A stretch of DNA of 64,000 nucleotides from Chloroflexota bacterium (GTDB lineage Bacteria > Chloroflexota > Anaerolineae > DTLA01), in the NCBI GenBank assembly GCA_014360805.1, contig JACIWU010000001.1, forward strand, positions 3,327 through 67,326, given 5' to 3'. A program made the position numbers and the translations under genes. The notes under the pieces are model-generated. The model saw nothing but the letters and a program-made list of their open reading frames with translations, was not told the DNA's origin and did no database searches. Below, piece by piece: positions 28,972 to 38,962 of the stretch (positions are counted from its first letter, which is position 1; every line of letters begins with the position of its first letter).

Positions 28972-29637
28972 ATGAACATCGCATCGTTGATTGACCACAC
29001 GCTGCTCAAGCCCGAGGCAACACCGGAGCAGATCGTGCAACTCTGCACCGAGGCAAGGGAGTACGGCTTTGCGTCGGTATGCGTGAATCCCGTTTATGTC
29101 AAACTCGCATGGGATCTGCTCAAGGGAAGCCAAGTCAAGGTGTGCTCGGTTGTCGGGTTTCCACTGGGCGCCACTACGCCCGAAGTCAAGGCGTTTGAGG
29201 CCAGGCAAGCGATACGGGACGGGGCGTCCGAGATTGACATGGTAATCCACATCGGCGCGCTCAAGGCGGGAGACGACGACCTGGTGGAAGCCGACATCGC
29301 CGCCGTGGTGGATGTGTGCCACGCCGCCGGCGCGCTCTGCAAGGTGATTCTGGAAACCTGCTACCTCACCGACGACGAAAAGATACGGGGCTGCACCCTG
29401 GCCAAGCGGGCAGGCGCCGATTTCGTGAAGACTTCCACCGGCTTCGGCCCGCGAGGCGCCACCGTGGAGGACGTGGCCCTCATGCGGCACGCCGTCGGCC
29501 CCGACATGGGTGTCAAGGCCGCTGGCGGCATCCGCACGCTGGAGGCGCTTCGGCAGATGGTCGCCGCAGGAGCCAACCGCATCGGCGCCAGCGCCAGCGT
29601 AAAAATCATGCAGGAGGCGCAGAGTGTCCAAGGATAA
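28972..29637 (+). CDS. deoC: Deoxyribose-phosphate aldolase
   Basis: 221 aa. DeoC motifs including the catalytic Lys region (DFVKTSTGF) and LIDHTLLKP. Confidence 0.9.
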   Translation: MNIASLIDHTLLKPEATPEQIVQLCTEAREYGFASVCVNPVYVKLAWDLLKGSQVKVCSVVGFPLGATTPEVKAFEARQAIRDGASEIDMVIHIGALKAGDDDLVEADIAAVVDVCHAAGALCKVILETCYLTDDEKIRGCTLAKRAGADFVKTSTGFGPRGATVEDVALMRHAVGPDMGVKAAGGIRTLEALRQMVAAGANRIGASASVKIMQEAQSVQG

Positions 29638-29887
29638 TGCCGCTTCAGAACCCAAGCGCATCTGCCCTATCTGCCACATCGGACAGATTCGCACCCGCCG
29701 AACGTCCCATGCCGAATGGCACGAGGACCAGTTGATCGTGGTGCCCAACGTTACCGCCGACATTTGCGACTTCTGCGGCGAAACCGTGTTCCAGGACGAC
29801 CAGGTCTGGCGACTGGACCAGTTGCTGCGCTACGGCACCGACGTCCGCCACATCCCCTACGGCCGCCGCAGTCATCGCATTATGTGA
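29624..29887 (+). CDS. YgiT-type zinc-finger small protein (MqsA N-terminal-domain-like)
   Basis: CPICHIG ... [12 protein letters not shown] four-Cys zinc ribbon. 87 aa. Its start overlaps the deoC 3' end by 14 nt. Confidence 0.55.
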   Translation: MSKDNAASEPKRICPICHIGQIRTRRTSHAEWHEDQLIVVPNVTADICDFCGETVFQDDQVWRLDQLLRYGTDVRHIPYGRRSHRIM

Positions 29888-29906
29888 ACTCACTGGAGCC
29901 GTTCTC

Positions 29907-30590
29907 GTGGAGATCGCGCCGAACGTCCATCAGATAGAAGGCATCCCGCCCGTCAGCAACGCCTACTTGGTTATAGCAAACGACGGGCTGATCCTGATAG
30001 ACACGGGCATCGCATGGGCGGCCAAGGGCGTGCTCGCCTACATCCGACGCCTGGGATTTGAGCCGTCGGCGGTGAAAGCCATTTTTATCACCCACGGTGA
30101 CGGCGATCACATCGGAGGGCTGCACGCGCTTGTGCGGCAGACCGGCGCGGCGGTCGTAGCGCACCAGGCCGAGGTCGCGCTGGTGGAAGGCCGCGAGGTG
30201 CGCCGCCCCACCAATCCGAGTTGGGCCGATCGGCTCACGGCCCCGATTGTTCGGGTGTTCATGCCCTCCCGGCCCACACCGGTATCGCACCCGGTCGCGG
30301 ATGGCGACTCGGTCTTCGGGCTGGAGGTCATCCACACGCCCGGCCACTCGCCCGGCAGCGCGTGCTATCGCCTTCCCGCGCAGGGGGTGTTGTTCGTCGG
30401 CGACGCCATGACTCACTTCGGCGGGCGGCTGGCCCTCCCGCTGAAGTCCTACACCACCGACATGGCCCAAGCCATCCAGTCCATCCAGCGAATTGCCCAG
30501 TGCGAGTTTGATGTGTGCGGGTTCGGGCACGGCCCGGCACTCTTGCACGACGCCCGCGCTGTGGTCGCCGATTTCGCAGCCCGCCTGTAG
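29907..30590 (+). CDS. MBL-fold metallo-hydrolase
   Basis: ITHGDGDHIGG (HxHxDH) motif. Downstream His and Asp ligands. GTG start. Confidence 0.8.
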   Translation: MEIAPNVHQIEGIPPVSNAYLVIANDGLILIDTGIAWAAKGVLAYIRRLGFEPSAVKAIFITHGDGDHIGGLHALVRQTGAAVVAHQAEVALVEGREVRRPTNPSWADRLTAPIVRVFMPSRPTPVSHPVADGDSVFGLEVIHTPGHSPGSACYRLPAQGVLFVGDAMTHFGGRLALPLKSYTTDMAQAIQSIQRIAQCEFDVCGFGHGPALLHDARAVVADFAARL

Positions 30591-30617
30591 CACTGCCCAA
30601 CTCCAAGGAGGTATGAG

Positions 30618-31022
30618 ATGACAGAAGAAGCGCCCCAACCCGTCCGACGCTGCGCCAACTGCGGCGCCGAACTGCGCCCTACCGACCGGTACTGTGGCGA
30701 GTGCGGCCTGCCCACCTTCGTGCCGCCCCCCGCCCAGGCCACGCCTTCCGCAGAAACGCCGGCCGAAAAAATCCCACGCCCCGCCCCTGGCCCGTCGGAC
30801 AATCGGACGTGGGCCATCGTTACGGGGATCATCCTCATCCTCATAGGGGCCGTCTCTTGCGGCGTGGGCGCCCTGGTGATGCTGGGAGCGTCCATGATGG
30901 CGACCGACACCGACTCGGGCTGGATCACGGCGACTGCCGGCCTCTGCTGTGTGCTGCCAGCCCTGGTGCTCATGATTGGGGGCGGGGTTGTCTGGTACGT
31001 GTGGGGGCGCAAGAAGTCCTGA
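30618..31022 (+). CDS. Zinc-ribbon domain membrane protein
   Basis: RCANCGAELRPTDRYCGECG, Pro-rich linker and two TM helices. Same architecture as the 16486 gene. AAGGAGG RBS. Confidence 0.6.
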   Translation: MTEEAPQPVRRCANCGAELRPTDRYCGECGLPTFVPPPAQATPSAETPAEKIPRPAPGPSDNRTWAIVTGIILILIGAVSCGVGALVMLGASMMATDTDSGWITATAGLCCVLPALVLMIGGGVVWYVWGRKKS

Positions 31023-31047
31023 CCGCACTCGGCTAGCGACCTAGCGT

Positions 31048-31076
31048 TTGACAAGGATATCACAATGACCTAGAAT
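31048..31076 (+). promoter_or_regulatory. Consensus sigma70 promoter for the kimA-trkA operon
   Basis: TTGACA (31048-31053), 17-nt spacer, TAGAAT (31071-31076). Short leader to the GTG at 31094. Confidence 0.5.
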
Positions 31077-31093
31077 GAGATACCCCGTAGGCC

Positions 31094-32992
31094 GTGAACC
31101 GAATTGTTCCTGCGGGGTATTTCTATCAGTCGGAAGCGGGTGAAAACCACGTGGCTCGTTCATTCAGCCTGCGGCGCATCCTGATTGGGCGACCGCTGGC
31201 CACTGCACAACTAAAACATGAGCGTCTGACGAAAGTGAAGGCACTGGCCGTCTTCTCGTCCGACGCGCTGTCTTCGGTGGCCTACGCGACCGAAGAGATC
31301 ATGCTCATGCTCATCGTCGCCGGCAGCGCAGCCGTGGGACTTGCCTGGCCCATCGCCCTGGGCATTGCCACGCTTCTGGTCATCGTGGCGTTCTCGTACT
31401 ATCAGACAGTGCATGCCTACCCGAAAGGCGGCGGCGCGTACATCGTCGCCCACGAGAACCTGGGCCAATTGCCGGGGCTGACAGCAGCCGCGGCCATTCT
31501 CACGGATTACGTGCTCACCGTGTCCGTGAGCATCACCGCCGGCGTGGCCGCCATCACCTCGGCGTTTCCGGCCTTGTATCCGCACCGAATTCTGCTGGCG
31601 CTTTTCTTCGTCGCGCTCATCATGACCCTGAACCTGCGCGGCGTGCGCGAATCGGGCACCATCTTCGCGATTCCCACGTACCTCTTCCTGGCCATCATGC
31701 TATCCATGCTGGCGGTGGGGTTTGCGCGGTGGATTGCCGCGGGAATGCCGCCCGCCCAGCCCCCGCGCATAGACTACCCCGCCGTGCAAGGACTGACCCT
31801 GTTCCTCATCCTGCGGGCTTTCTCCAGCGGGTGCGCGGCCCTCACCGGCATTGAGGCCATCAGCGACGGCGTGCCCGTCTTCAAGCCGCCTGAGTCCGAC
31901 AACGCCGGCAAGACGTTGATCGCCATGGCGGCGCTCCTGGCGACGATGTTCCTGGGCATCACGTTCCTCACCCACCAGTTTGGCATCGTGCCCAATGAGA
32001 TGACACACGAGACGCTTGTCTCCCAACTGGGCCGGTATGTGCTCGGCGAAGGCTCGCCGCTGTACTTCGCGCTCCAGGTAGCCACCATGCTCATCCTGGT
32101 GCTGGCGGCAAACACCAGTTTCGCCGACTTCCCGCGCCTGTCGTCCATCCTGGCCCGCGACCGCTACATGCCGCACCAGTTCGCGAACCTGGGCGACCGG
32201 CTCGTGTTCTCCAACGGGATCATCACGTTGGCGCTGGCGTCGTCGGCCCTCATTGTGCTGTTCGGCGGCCAGACCACCCGCCTCATCCCGCTGTATGCCA
32301 TCGGCGTATTCCTGTCGTTCACGCTCTCACAGGCGGGAATGGTCGTGCGATGGTGGCGTCTGAGAACCCACCATTGGCAACTCAAGGCGGCCATCAACGG
32401 GCTTGGCGCGCTGGCGACCGGCGTGGTGCTCATCGTGATCGCCGCGACAAAGTTCGCCCTGGGCGCCTGGATCGTCCTGCTCTGGATACCGATCTTCATC
32501 TCCTTCTTCCTGGCGGTGCACCGCCATTACCAGCGGGTCGCAAAGCAACTGTCCCTGGAGAACCGTGGCAGCCTCCCGCCGATCCGTCGGCACCGCGTGA
32601 TCGTCCCCATCGCCGACGTGCATCGGGGGGTAATCGCCGCCCTGAACTATGCCCGCTCCATCTCGGACGACGTTACGGCCGTGTATGTGGAAGTAGACCC
32701 CGCCGACACGCCAAAGGTACAGCGAAAGTGGGCAGACTGGGGCGAAGGCGTGCGGCTCGTAACGCTGAAATCCGAGTATCGCTCCATCATCGGCCCGCTG
32801 ATTGAGTATGTGGACAAGGTGGATGACCCCAATCGCCGCGACCAGGTGGTAACCATCGTGCTGCCACAATTCGTCCCCGCCAGGCCGTGGCACAATCTGC
32901 TGCACAACCAGACGGCGATCCTCATCCACCTGGCATTTGTATTCCGGCGCGACGTCATGGTAACCGACGTCCCGTTCCATCTTGAGGAATAG
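31094..32992 (+). CDS. kimA: KimA (YdaO)-family K+ transporter, APC superfamily, with a C-terminal cytoplasmic domain
   Basis: Blocks KVKALAVFSSDALSSVAYATEEI and YPKGGGAYIVAHENLGQLPGL...LTDYVLTVSVSITAGVAAITSAFPAL closely resemble KimA from B. subtilis as recalled from memory. 12 TM plus a tail of about 170 aa. The exact start is uncertain. Confidence 0.8.
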   Translation: MNRIVPAGYFYQSEAGENHVARSFSLRRILIGRPLATAQLKHERLTKVKALAVFSSDALSSVAYATEEIMLMLIVAGSAAVGLAWPIALGIATLLVIVAFSYYQTVHAYPKGGGAYIVAHENLGQLPGLTAAAAILTDYVLTVSVSITAGVAAITSAFPALYPHRILLALFFVALIMTLNLRGVRESGTIFAIPTYLFLAIMLSMLAVGFARWIAAGMPPAQPPRIDYPAVQGLTLFLILRAFSSGCAALTGIEAISDGVPVFKPPESDNAGKTLIAMAALLATMFLGITFLTHQFGIVPNEMTHETLVSQLGRYVLGEGSPLYFALQVATMLILVLAANTSFADFPRLSSILARDRYMPHQFANLGDRLVFSNGIITLALASSALIVLFGGQTTRLIPLYAIGVFLSFTLSQAGMVVRWWRLRTHHWQLKAAINGLGALATGVVLIVIAATKFALGAWIVLLWIPIFISFFLAVHRHYQRVAKQLSLENRGSLPPIRRHRVIVPIADVHRGVIAALNYARSISDDVTAVYVEVDPADTPKVQRKWADWGEGVRLVTLKSEYRSIIGPLIEYVDKVDDPNRRDQVVTIVLPQFVPARPWHNLLHNQTAILIHLAFVFRRDVMVTDVPFHLEE

Positions 32993-33003
32993 AGGCAATT
33001 CCG

Positions 33004-33672
33004 ATGAAATTCATTGTCGTGGGGTGTGGGCGCACCGGCGCAACGCTGGCGCAATCGTTATGCCGCAAGGGGCATCAGGTGGCCGTCATTGACAAGGACG
33101 AGCGCGCGTTTTCCAGGCTTGGCGCGGGATTCCGCGGGCGCACTTACGAAGGGCTTGCCTTTGACCGCGATGTGCTCCTGCGAGCGGGCATCCAGGATGC
33201 TGAAGGGCTGGCCGCGCTCACCAATGACGAGGCAGCCAACATGATCGTGTGCCGCATTGCGAAACTCGCCTTCAAGGTGCCAAACGTGGTCGCGCGACTC
33301 TACGAACCCGAACGAGCCTCGCTCTACAAGAGCATGGGCGTGGCGACCGTGTCATCGGTAACGTGGCGGGTGCTGCGCCTGGAACAGTTGCTGTGCCAGC
33401 CCACCCTGAGCGTCGTGGGCAGCCTGGGCAACGGCGAGGTTCAGGTTGTAGAGGTTCAGGCCACCGAGGGGTTGGTGGGCCGCCTCGTCAAGGAGTTTGT
33501 CCACCCAGGCCAGACGACGGATGTAGCGGTGCTCCACGGCGGTGCGGCATCCTTGCCTACGATGGACACGTCGCTGGCAGAAGGCGACCGACTGCGCTTG
33601 GCCGTCGCGTCGGACTACCTGGACAAATTCAAAGCCTGGCTGGAAAATCTCAAGAAAGAGGAACGATCATGA
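33004..33672 (+). CDS. TrkA/KtrA-type RCK protein (TrkA-N NAD-binding plus TrkA-C)
   Basis: GCGRTG Rossmann motif followed by a TrkA-C domain. 222 aa. Confidence 0.85.
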   Translation: MKFIVVGCGRTGATLAQSLCRKGHQVAVIDKDERAFSRLGAGFRGRTYEGLAFDRDVLLRAGIQDAEGLAALTNDEAANMIVCRIAKLAFKVPNVVARLYEPERASLYKSMGVATVSSVTWRVLRLEQLLCQPTLSVVGSLGNGEVQVVEVQATEGLVGRLVKEFVHPGQTTDVAVLHGGAASLPTMDTSLAEGDRLRLAVASDYLDKFKAWLENLKKEERS

Positions 33673-34364
33673 GAGTCGTCATCGTAGGTGGCGGCAAGGT
33701 CGGTTCGTACCTGGCAGCGCTGCTCCTGGAAGGCCAGCATGAAGTATACGTTGTGGAAAACCGCCCCCAAGTGCTGGCGCGCCTTCACCGCGAACTCCCA
33801 ACCGAGGCTATCGTGGACGGAGACGGCCTGCGCCGTGAGACTCTGGATTTGGCCCACGCCGACCGCGCCGACGTCCTCGTAACCGTTACAGGCGACGACG
33901 AGGTGAATCTGGCCATCGCCCTCATGGCGAAAACCGTCTACAAGATTCCGCGCGTTATCGGCCGCATCAACAACCCGCGCAACGCCTGGCTGTTCACACC
34001 CGAGATGGGCGTGGACGTGGCGGTCAACCAGACGGATTTGCTGGCCAAACTCATTGTGGAAGAGATGTCGCTGGGCGACATGATGATTCTCCTCCGGCTC
34101 CGCAAAGGGGAGATTTCGCTCGTTACCGAGAAACTGGAACCTGGCGCGCCGGCCGAGGGCAAGCGCGTGGCCGACCTATCGCTCCCCAAAGACTGCCTCC
34201 TCGTCGGCGCAATCCGCGAAGGCGACATCCTGGTGCCCCGAGGGGATACGGTTCTCCAGGCTCACGATGAGATCCTCGCGCTGGTGCGAACCGGCTCGCA
34301 CATGGCTTTCCGCAACCTGCTGGCCAATCCGGCGCGGGCAGAAGCCGTAGAGACTCAAGACTGA
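33669..34364 (+). CDS. TrkA/KtrA-type RCK protein, second copy
   Basis: GGGKVG Rossmann motif plus a TrkA-C domain. ATGA start/stop overlap with the upstream gene. Confidence 0.85.
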   Translation: MRVVIVGGGKVGSYLAALLLEGQHEVYVVENRPQVLARLHRELPTEAIVDGDGLRRETLDLAHADRADVLVTVTGDDEVNLAIALMAKTVYKIPRVIGRINNPRNAWLFTPEMGVDVAVNQTDLLAKLIVEEMSLGDMMILLRLRKGEISLVTEKLEPGAPAEGKRVADLSLPKDCLLVGAIREGDILVPRGDTVLQAHDEILALVRTGSHMAFRNLLANPARAEAVETQD

Positions 34365-34476
34365 CCCCGCCGCAATGGCCCGCATCGGCGCAGCGCGGGC
34401 GAGGTCATCGGCGATAACCGCACACTCCGGCGCAGTGTCACTGCACGGAGGACATTGACGAAAGGATGGGTAACGC

Positions 34477-35349
34477 ATGTGGCAAGAATACCTGTTTGCG
34501 ACCTCGGTAGAGCACGCGCTGGAATTGCTAGGCCAGTATGAGGGGCGTGCCCAACTCATCGCGGGAGGCACAGACCTGGTGCTCCAAAGCCAGCGCGGCG
34601 AATGTCCCGCCACCGTCATTGTGGACATCACCCGCATCCCTGGCCTGAATTACATCCAAGAGCAAGACGGCCATATCGTCGTCGGTGCGCAAGTTACCCA
34701 CGCCCAGATCGCAGCGTCATCTCTGATACGCGAGAAGGCCCCCATCCTCGCCATGGCCTGCGCGCAGGTCGGCGGCCCGCAAATCCGAAACGCCGGCACC
34801 CTCGTGGGCAATGTGATCAACGCGCAGCCCGCCGCCGACGGCGCTGTGGCCCTGTTCGCGCTGGACGCCGAACTGGAAGTCGCAACCCCCGAAGGCCGGC
34901 GATGGGAGCCGATCGCCCACGTGTACCGCGGCGTCGGTGTCTGCACCATCAACCCCTGCCAGGAGATGGTAACGGCCGTCCGCTTCAGATCCCTCACAGG
35001 CGCTTGCGGATGCAACTACCAGCGCTTGGCCCGCCGCAAAGCGTTGACGCTCCCCACGCTCGTGGTGGCGGTGGTGCTGGAGATGGCCGGCGACGCCATC
35101 AAGTGGGCGCGCATCGCCATCGGGCCGGTCGCGCCCACGCCCTACCGCGCCGCCGACGCCGAGGCTTACCTCATCGGCAAGAAGGCAGAAGAGTCGGTCT
35201 TCGCCGAGGCCGGGCGACTCGCCGCCGCCAAGGCCCGACCGCGCGACAGCCTGATACGCGGTTCTGGCGAATACCGGACGGCCATGGTCGGGGTGTTGGT
35301 GCGGCGCGCGCTGGCTGCGGCTGCCCAGGAATGCCACGGGAGGCGATAA
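34477..35349 (+). CDS. Xanthine dehydrogenase / CO dehydrogenase family FAD-binding subunit (CoxM-like)
   Basis: FAD-binding PCMH domain with AGGTDL. 290 aa. Confidence 0.85.
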   Translation: MWQEYLFATSVEHALELLGQYEGRAQLIAGGTDLVLQSQRGECPATVIVDITRIPGLNYIQEQDGHIVVGAQVTHAQIAASSLIREKAPILAMACAQVGGPQIRNAGTLVGNVINAQPAADGAVALFALDAELEVATPEGRRWEPIAHVYRGVGVCTINPCQEMVTAVRFRSLTGACGCNYQRLARRKALTLPTLVVAVVLEMAGDAIKWARIAIGPVAPTPYRAADAEAYLIGKKAEESVFAEAGRLAAAKARPRDSLIRGSGEYRTAMVGVLVRRALAAAAQECHGRR

Positions 35350-35350
35350 G

Positions 35351-35830
35351 ATGCACACGCTGATGATGAACGTCAACGGATCCGACGTCCACGTTGAAAT
35401 CTACCCGGACGAAACGCTGGCCGAGGTTCTGCGCGACCGGCTCGGCCTCATCGGCACAAAGGTAGCCTGCGGCGAAGGCGAGTGCGGCGCCTGCACCGTG
35501 CTCATTGACGGCGTCGCAGTTACATCCTGTATTACCCCCGCCATGAAGGCCCATGGGCGCCGTGTGGTTACCATAGAGGGACTTACCGAAGACACAGAAC
35601 TGCACGTCATTCAGCAGGCTTTCGTGGACGCCACCGCCTCGCAGTGCGGATACTGCACCCCTGGTTTCATCATGGCTACCAAGGCGCTGCTGGATGCGAA
35701 CCCCAACCCCACACGAGACGAGATCATGCACGGCATATCGGGCAACCTGTGCCGCTGCACAGGTTACTACCAGATCGTGGACGCAGTGGCCCTGGCCGCG
35801 AAACGCCTCGCAGAGGAGGAGCGATCATGA
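35351..35830 (+). CDS. (2Fe-2S)-binding small subunit of a molybdo-hydroxylase (CoxS-like)
   Basis: CGEGECGACTV and QCGYCTPG two-cluster motifs. Confidence 0.9.
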   Translation: MHTLMMNVNGSDVHVEIYPDETLAEVLRDRLGLIGTKVACGEGECGACTVLIDGVAVTSCITPAMKAHGRRVVTIEGLTEDTELHVIQQAFVDATASQCGYCTPGFIMATKALLDANPNPTRDEIMHGISGNLCRCTGYYQIVDAVALAAKRLAEEERS

Positions 35831-38043
35831 GCAAAGCGATTGGCTCGCCGCATACTCGCCTGGACATCGTCGCGAAAGTCAAGGGAACCCGCAAGTACCC
35901 GCAGGACTTCAACATGGAGGGGCAACTCTGGGCCGCCGTCGTCTGGGCCGCTCACCCTCATGCCATCGTCCGACGCATTGACACGTCGGCCGCCGAGGCG
36001 CTGCCGGGCGTCGTGCGCATCCTCACGTCCAACGACGTGCCCGTCAACAGTTACGGCATCAACATCCCCGACCAGCCCGTTCTGGTGGGCGAAGGCGAAA
36101 AGGTGCGCTGGGTGGGCGACCGCATCGCCATCGTCGTGGCCCAAGACCGCCGCACCGCCTACAAGGCGCGGGATCTGGTGCAGGTGGACTACGAACCGCT
36201 GCCGGTGGTGTCCGACGTGTTCGCCGCCATGCAGGAGAACGCCCCTCGCATTCACGAAGACCGCCCCAGCAACATTCTACACCACATTCCTATACGCAAG
36301 GGCAACATAGAAGAGGGTTTCGCGCAGGCCGATGTCATCGTGGAAAGCGAAATCTCCACGCCTTTCGTGGAGCACGCCTACATGCAGCCGGAAGCAGGCA
36401 TCGGCTACATAGACGAGGAGGGGCGCGTTACCGTTATTGCTTCCGCCCAGTGGCCCCATGACGACCTGCACCAGATCGCGCGCATGCTGGACCTGCCGGA
36501 GGACAAGGTGCGGGAAATTGTGCCCGCAGTCGGGGGCGCATTCGGAGGGCGCGAGGACATGTACATCCAGCATCTCCTGGCCCTCTGCGCCTTCGTCATG
36601 CGCCGGCCGGTGAAGATGGTGTGGGACCGCGAGGAGTCCATCACCCGTACAGGTAAGCGCCACCCGTTCTACTTCCAGTACAAGGTCGGAGCCACGCGCG
36701 AGGGCATCCTGACGGCTGTCCAGATTCGCCTTGTCTCCGACGCCGGAGCCTACGCATCCACGTCCGTCCCCGTGCTCAACAATGCGGCCAGTTTCGCCGC
36801 GGGGCCCTACAAGTACCCACACGCGCACGTGGACGCCTACACCGTCTTCACGAACAACGCGGTTACGATGGCGATGCGCGGGTTCGGCGCTACGCAGCCG
36901 CCGGTCATGTACGAGAGAATGCTGGACCAGTTGGCCGAAGCCCTGCACATGGACCCGGTGGAACTGCGCATGAAGAATCTGCTGGGCGACGGCGACATCA
37001 GCATCACCGGCAATGCCATGTGGGGCGGCGTAGGCATCAAGGAAACGCTGCGGCAGGCAGCCCTGGCTGCCGGCTGGCGGCAGGAAGGCGAGCACTGGGT
37101 CAAACCCGACCTGGGCCAGCCGTCCGCCCCGCACAAGAAGCGCGGCATCGGCATCGCCTGCGCGTACAAGAACGTCGGCTACTCCTTCGGCTTTGACGAC
37201 AAGTCGGAGGCCGAAGTCATCCTCCGCCTCAAGATGGACGGCAGCATCGCCAGCGCAACGGTCAAGACCGCCGCCGTGGAGGTAGGCCAGGGTGTAACCA
37301 CCGCCCTCGCCCAGATCGCCGCCGAGACGCTGGGCATTCCGGTGTCCAGGGTGCGCATCGCCCTCATTGACACCAGCGACGTCCCTAACGCAGGCAGTTC
37401 CTCCGCCTCGCGCCATGTGTACATCACGGGTAACGCGGTGTACGGTGCCTGCAAGGCGGCACTTGAAAAGCGCGAGCGCATCCTGCTGGAGGAAAGCGGC
37501 GAACCGACCGTGTCGGCCCGATACCTGTACCACGGCCGCTCCCATCGCCCCACGACGCCCTATGACCCCGAGACAGGGCAATGCAATCCGCACATCGCCT
37601 ACTCCTACGGCACCGAGATCGCCCTCGTGGAGGTGGACACCGAGACGGGAGAGACAGAGGTCTTGAAAATGTGGGCCGCTCACGACGCGGGCAGGGTGGT
37701 CAATCCGGCCCAATACTTCGGCCAGGTGGCCGGCGGCGTCCACATGGGCGTGGGCTACGGCCTGACCGAGGAGTACATGCAGCAGGACGCACGGCCGCGC
37801 ACCCGCCACTTCAGCGAGTACTTCATCCCGACCGTGCTGGACATGCCGCGCGAACTGGTCTCCCTGGCCGTAGAAGTGGAAGACCCCACCGGCCCCTTCG
37901 GCGCGAAGGGCCTGGGCGAGACGCCGACTCTGCCCACAGCCGCCGCAATCGCCAATGCGATCCACGACGCCACAGGTGTCTGGCTCAATCGCATACCGGC
38001 CACCAGCGAAATGGTCTGGCGCGCGATTCATAGCAGGGGCTAG
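35827..38043 (+). CDS. Molybdopterin-binding large subunit of a xanthine dehydrogenase family enzyme
   Basis: 738 aa. Aldehyde-oxidase/xanthine-dehydrogenase a/b hammerhead and MoCo-binding domains (GGAFGGRED). ATGA overlap with the upstream gene. Confidence 0.9.
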   Translation: MSKAIGSPHTRLDIVAKVKGTRKYPQDFNMEGQLWAAVVWAAHPHAIVRRIDTSAAEALPGVVRILTSNDVPVNSYGINIPDQPVLVGEGEKVRWVGDRIAIVVAQDRRTAYKARDLVQVDYEPLPVVSDVFAAMQENAPRIHEDRPSNILHHIPIRKGNIEEGFAQADVIVESEISTPFVEHAYMQPEAGIGYIDEEGRVTVIASAQWPHDDLHQIARMLDLPEDKVREIVPAVGGAFGGREDMYIQHLLALCAFVMRRPVKMVWDREESITRTGKRHPFYFQYKVGATREGILTAVQIRLVSDAGAYASTSVPVLNNAASFAAGPYKYPHAHVDAYTVFTNNAVTMAMRGFGATQPPVMYERMLDQLAEALHMDPVELRMKNLLGDGDISITGNAMWGGVGIKETLRQAALAAGWRQEGEHWVKPDLGQPSAPHKKRGIGIACAYKNVGYSFGFDDKSEAEVILRLKMDGSIASATVKTAAVEVGQGVTTALAQIAAETLGIPVSRVRIALIDTSDVPNAGSSSASRHVYITGNAVYGACKAALEKRERILLEESGEPTVSARYLYHGRSHRPTTPYDPETGQCNPHIAYSYGTEIALVEVDTETGETEVLKMWAAHDAGRVVNPAQYFGQVAGGVHMGVGYGLTEEYMQQDARPRTRHFSEYFIPTVLDMPRELVSLAVEVEDPTGPFGAKGLGETPTLPTAAAIANAIHDATGVWLNRIPATSEMVWRAIHSRG

Positions 38044-38065
38044 CCGAACACCCGCGATCTGCGGC

Positions 38066-38206
38066 CTGGGCCAGCTCCCTCGCCCCGCTTGCGGGCAGAG
38101 GGCTGGGGTGAGGGGTACCCCGCATGGAGAGAACACGTAGGGCGGCTTTCCCTAGCCGCCCGTCCCCTCGCCCCGCGCAAGCGAGGAGAAGGCCAGGGCG
38201 AGGGGT
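38066..38206. repeat. Two REP-like CCCCTCGCC...GGCGAGGGG hairpin elements after the xdh operon
   Basis: Element A at 38069-38110 (ccctcgccccgcttgcgggcagagggctggggtgagggg). Element B at 38163-38205, with a perfect 9-bp stem cccctcgcc / ggcgagggg. Same family as 9612 and 40760. Confidence 0.5.
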
Positions 38207-38336
38207 ATTTTGCGGCTTCCCGCGATTGCATCCCTAAACGCAAGTTGTGCTATAATAGAAAATGTAAGAAACGGAAAGCCCCGATGCGCAGGGGCGCACG
38301 GGGCATTTCGCGTCCGTGCTTCAGGTGGGGGGAAAA

Positions 38337-38912
38337 TTGGCAAAGAAGGGCACTCTTCTCAGCACTGGCGAAGTAGCCACTCGGGCCGGCGTAACCCGTA
38401 CCACGGTGCTTCACTGGATCAAGTCCGGGAAACTACAGCCTGCCCTCACGACCGCTGGCGGCCACTACCGCATCGCAGAGTCTGACCTGGCGCGCTTCCT
38501 GGCCGAGCACTACGGTACGGACGCGCCCGGCCCCAGAAACGTCATCCTCGTCGTGGACGACGAGCCTTCCATCCTGGAAGTCGTGCTCCTGGCCCTCCGG
38601 CCTGCCTTCCCCGGATGGCGCATGGAAACGGCATCCGATGGCGTGGAGGCCGGCATGAAACTGCTCCGCTTCACGCCGGCGCTTCTGGTCCTGGATCTCA
38701 TGCTGCCGGGGATTGACGGCTTTGAAGTCTGTCGCCTCGTGCGAAGCGACCCCGAACTGCGCAAAATTGCCATCCTGTGCATCACCGGCTACAAGCACCC
38801 CGGCATATACGAGCAGGCCCTGGAGGCCGGCGCCGACGAATGCCTCTTCAAGCCGCTTGACATGAAGACCCTGAGCGAAAAAGCGCAGGAACTTGTGGCC
38901 CGCCACCGCTAG
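38337..38912 (+). CDS. Hybrid regulator with an N-terminal MerR/excisionase-type HTH and a C-terminal response-regulator receiver domain
   Basis: LSTGEVATRAGVTRTTVLHWIKSGKL HTH, then a REC domain (VVDDEPS...D in LVLDLMLPGIDG...K). TTG start at 38337. Confidence 0.65.
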   Translation: MAKKGTLLSTGEVATRAGVTRTTVLHWIKSGKLQPALTTAGGHYRIAESDLARFLAEHYGTDAPGPRNVILVVDDEPSILEVVLLALRPAFPGWRMETASDGVEAGMKLLRFTPALLVLDLMLPGIDGFEVCRLVRSDPELRKIAILCITGYKHPGIYEQALEAGADECLFKPLDMKTLSEKAQELVARHR

Positions 38913-38962
38913 CCCGGGCAGCGGCCCAGTGTCACATTATCGCCCCCTGCGGTGTTATTCTA

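Noticed and set aside
28852-29763. 303-aa minus-strand ORF opposite deoC
   Set aside because: Antisense to a clearly identifiable deoC, with no motifs.
31023-31093. c-di-AMP (ydaO-type) riboswitch upstream of kimA, as in Bacillus
   Set aside because: The intergenic region is only about 70 nt and is mostly taken up by the promoter. That is too short for the ydaO aptamer of about 130 nt.
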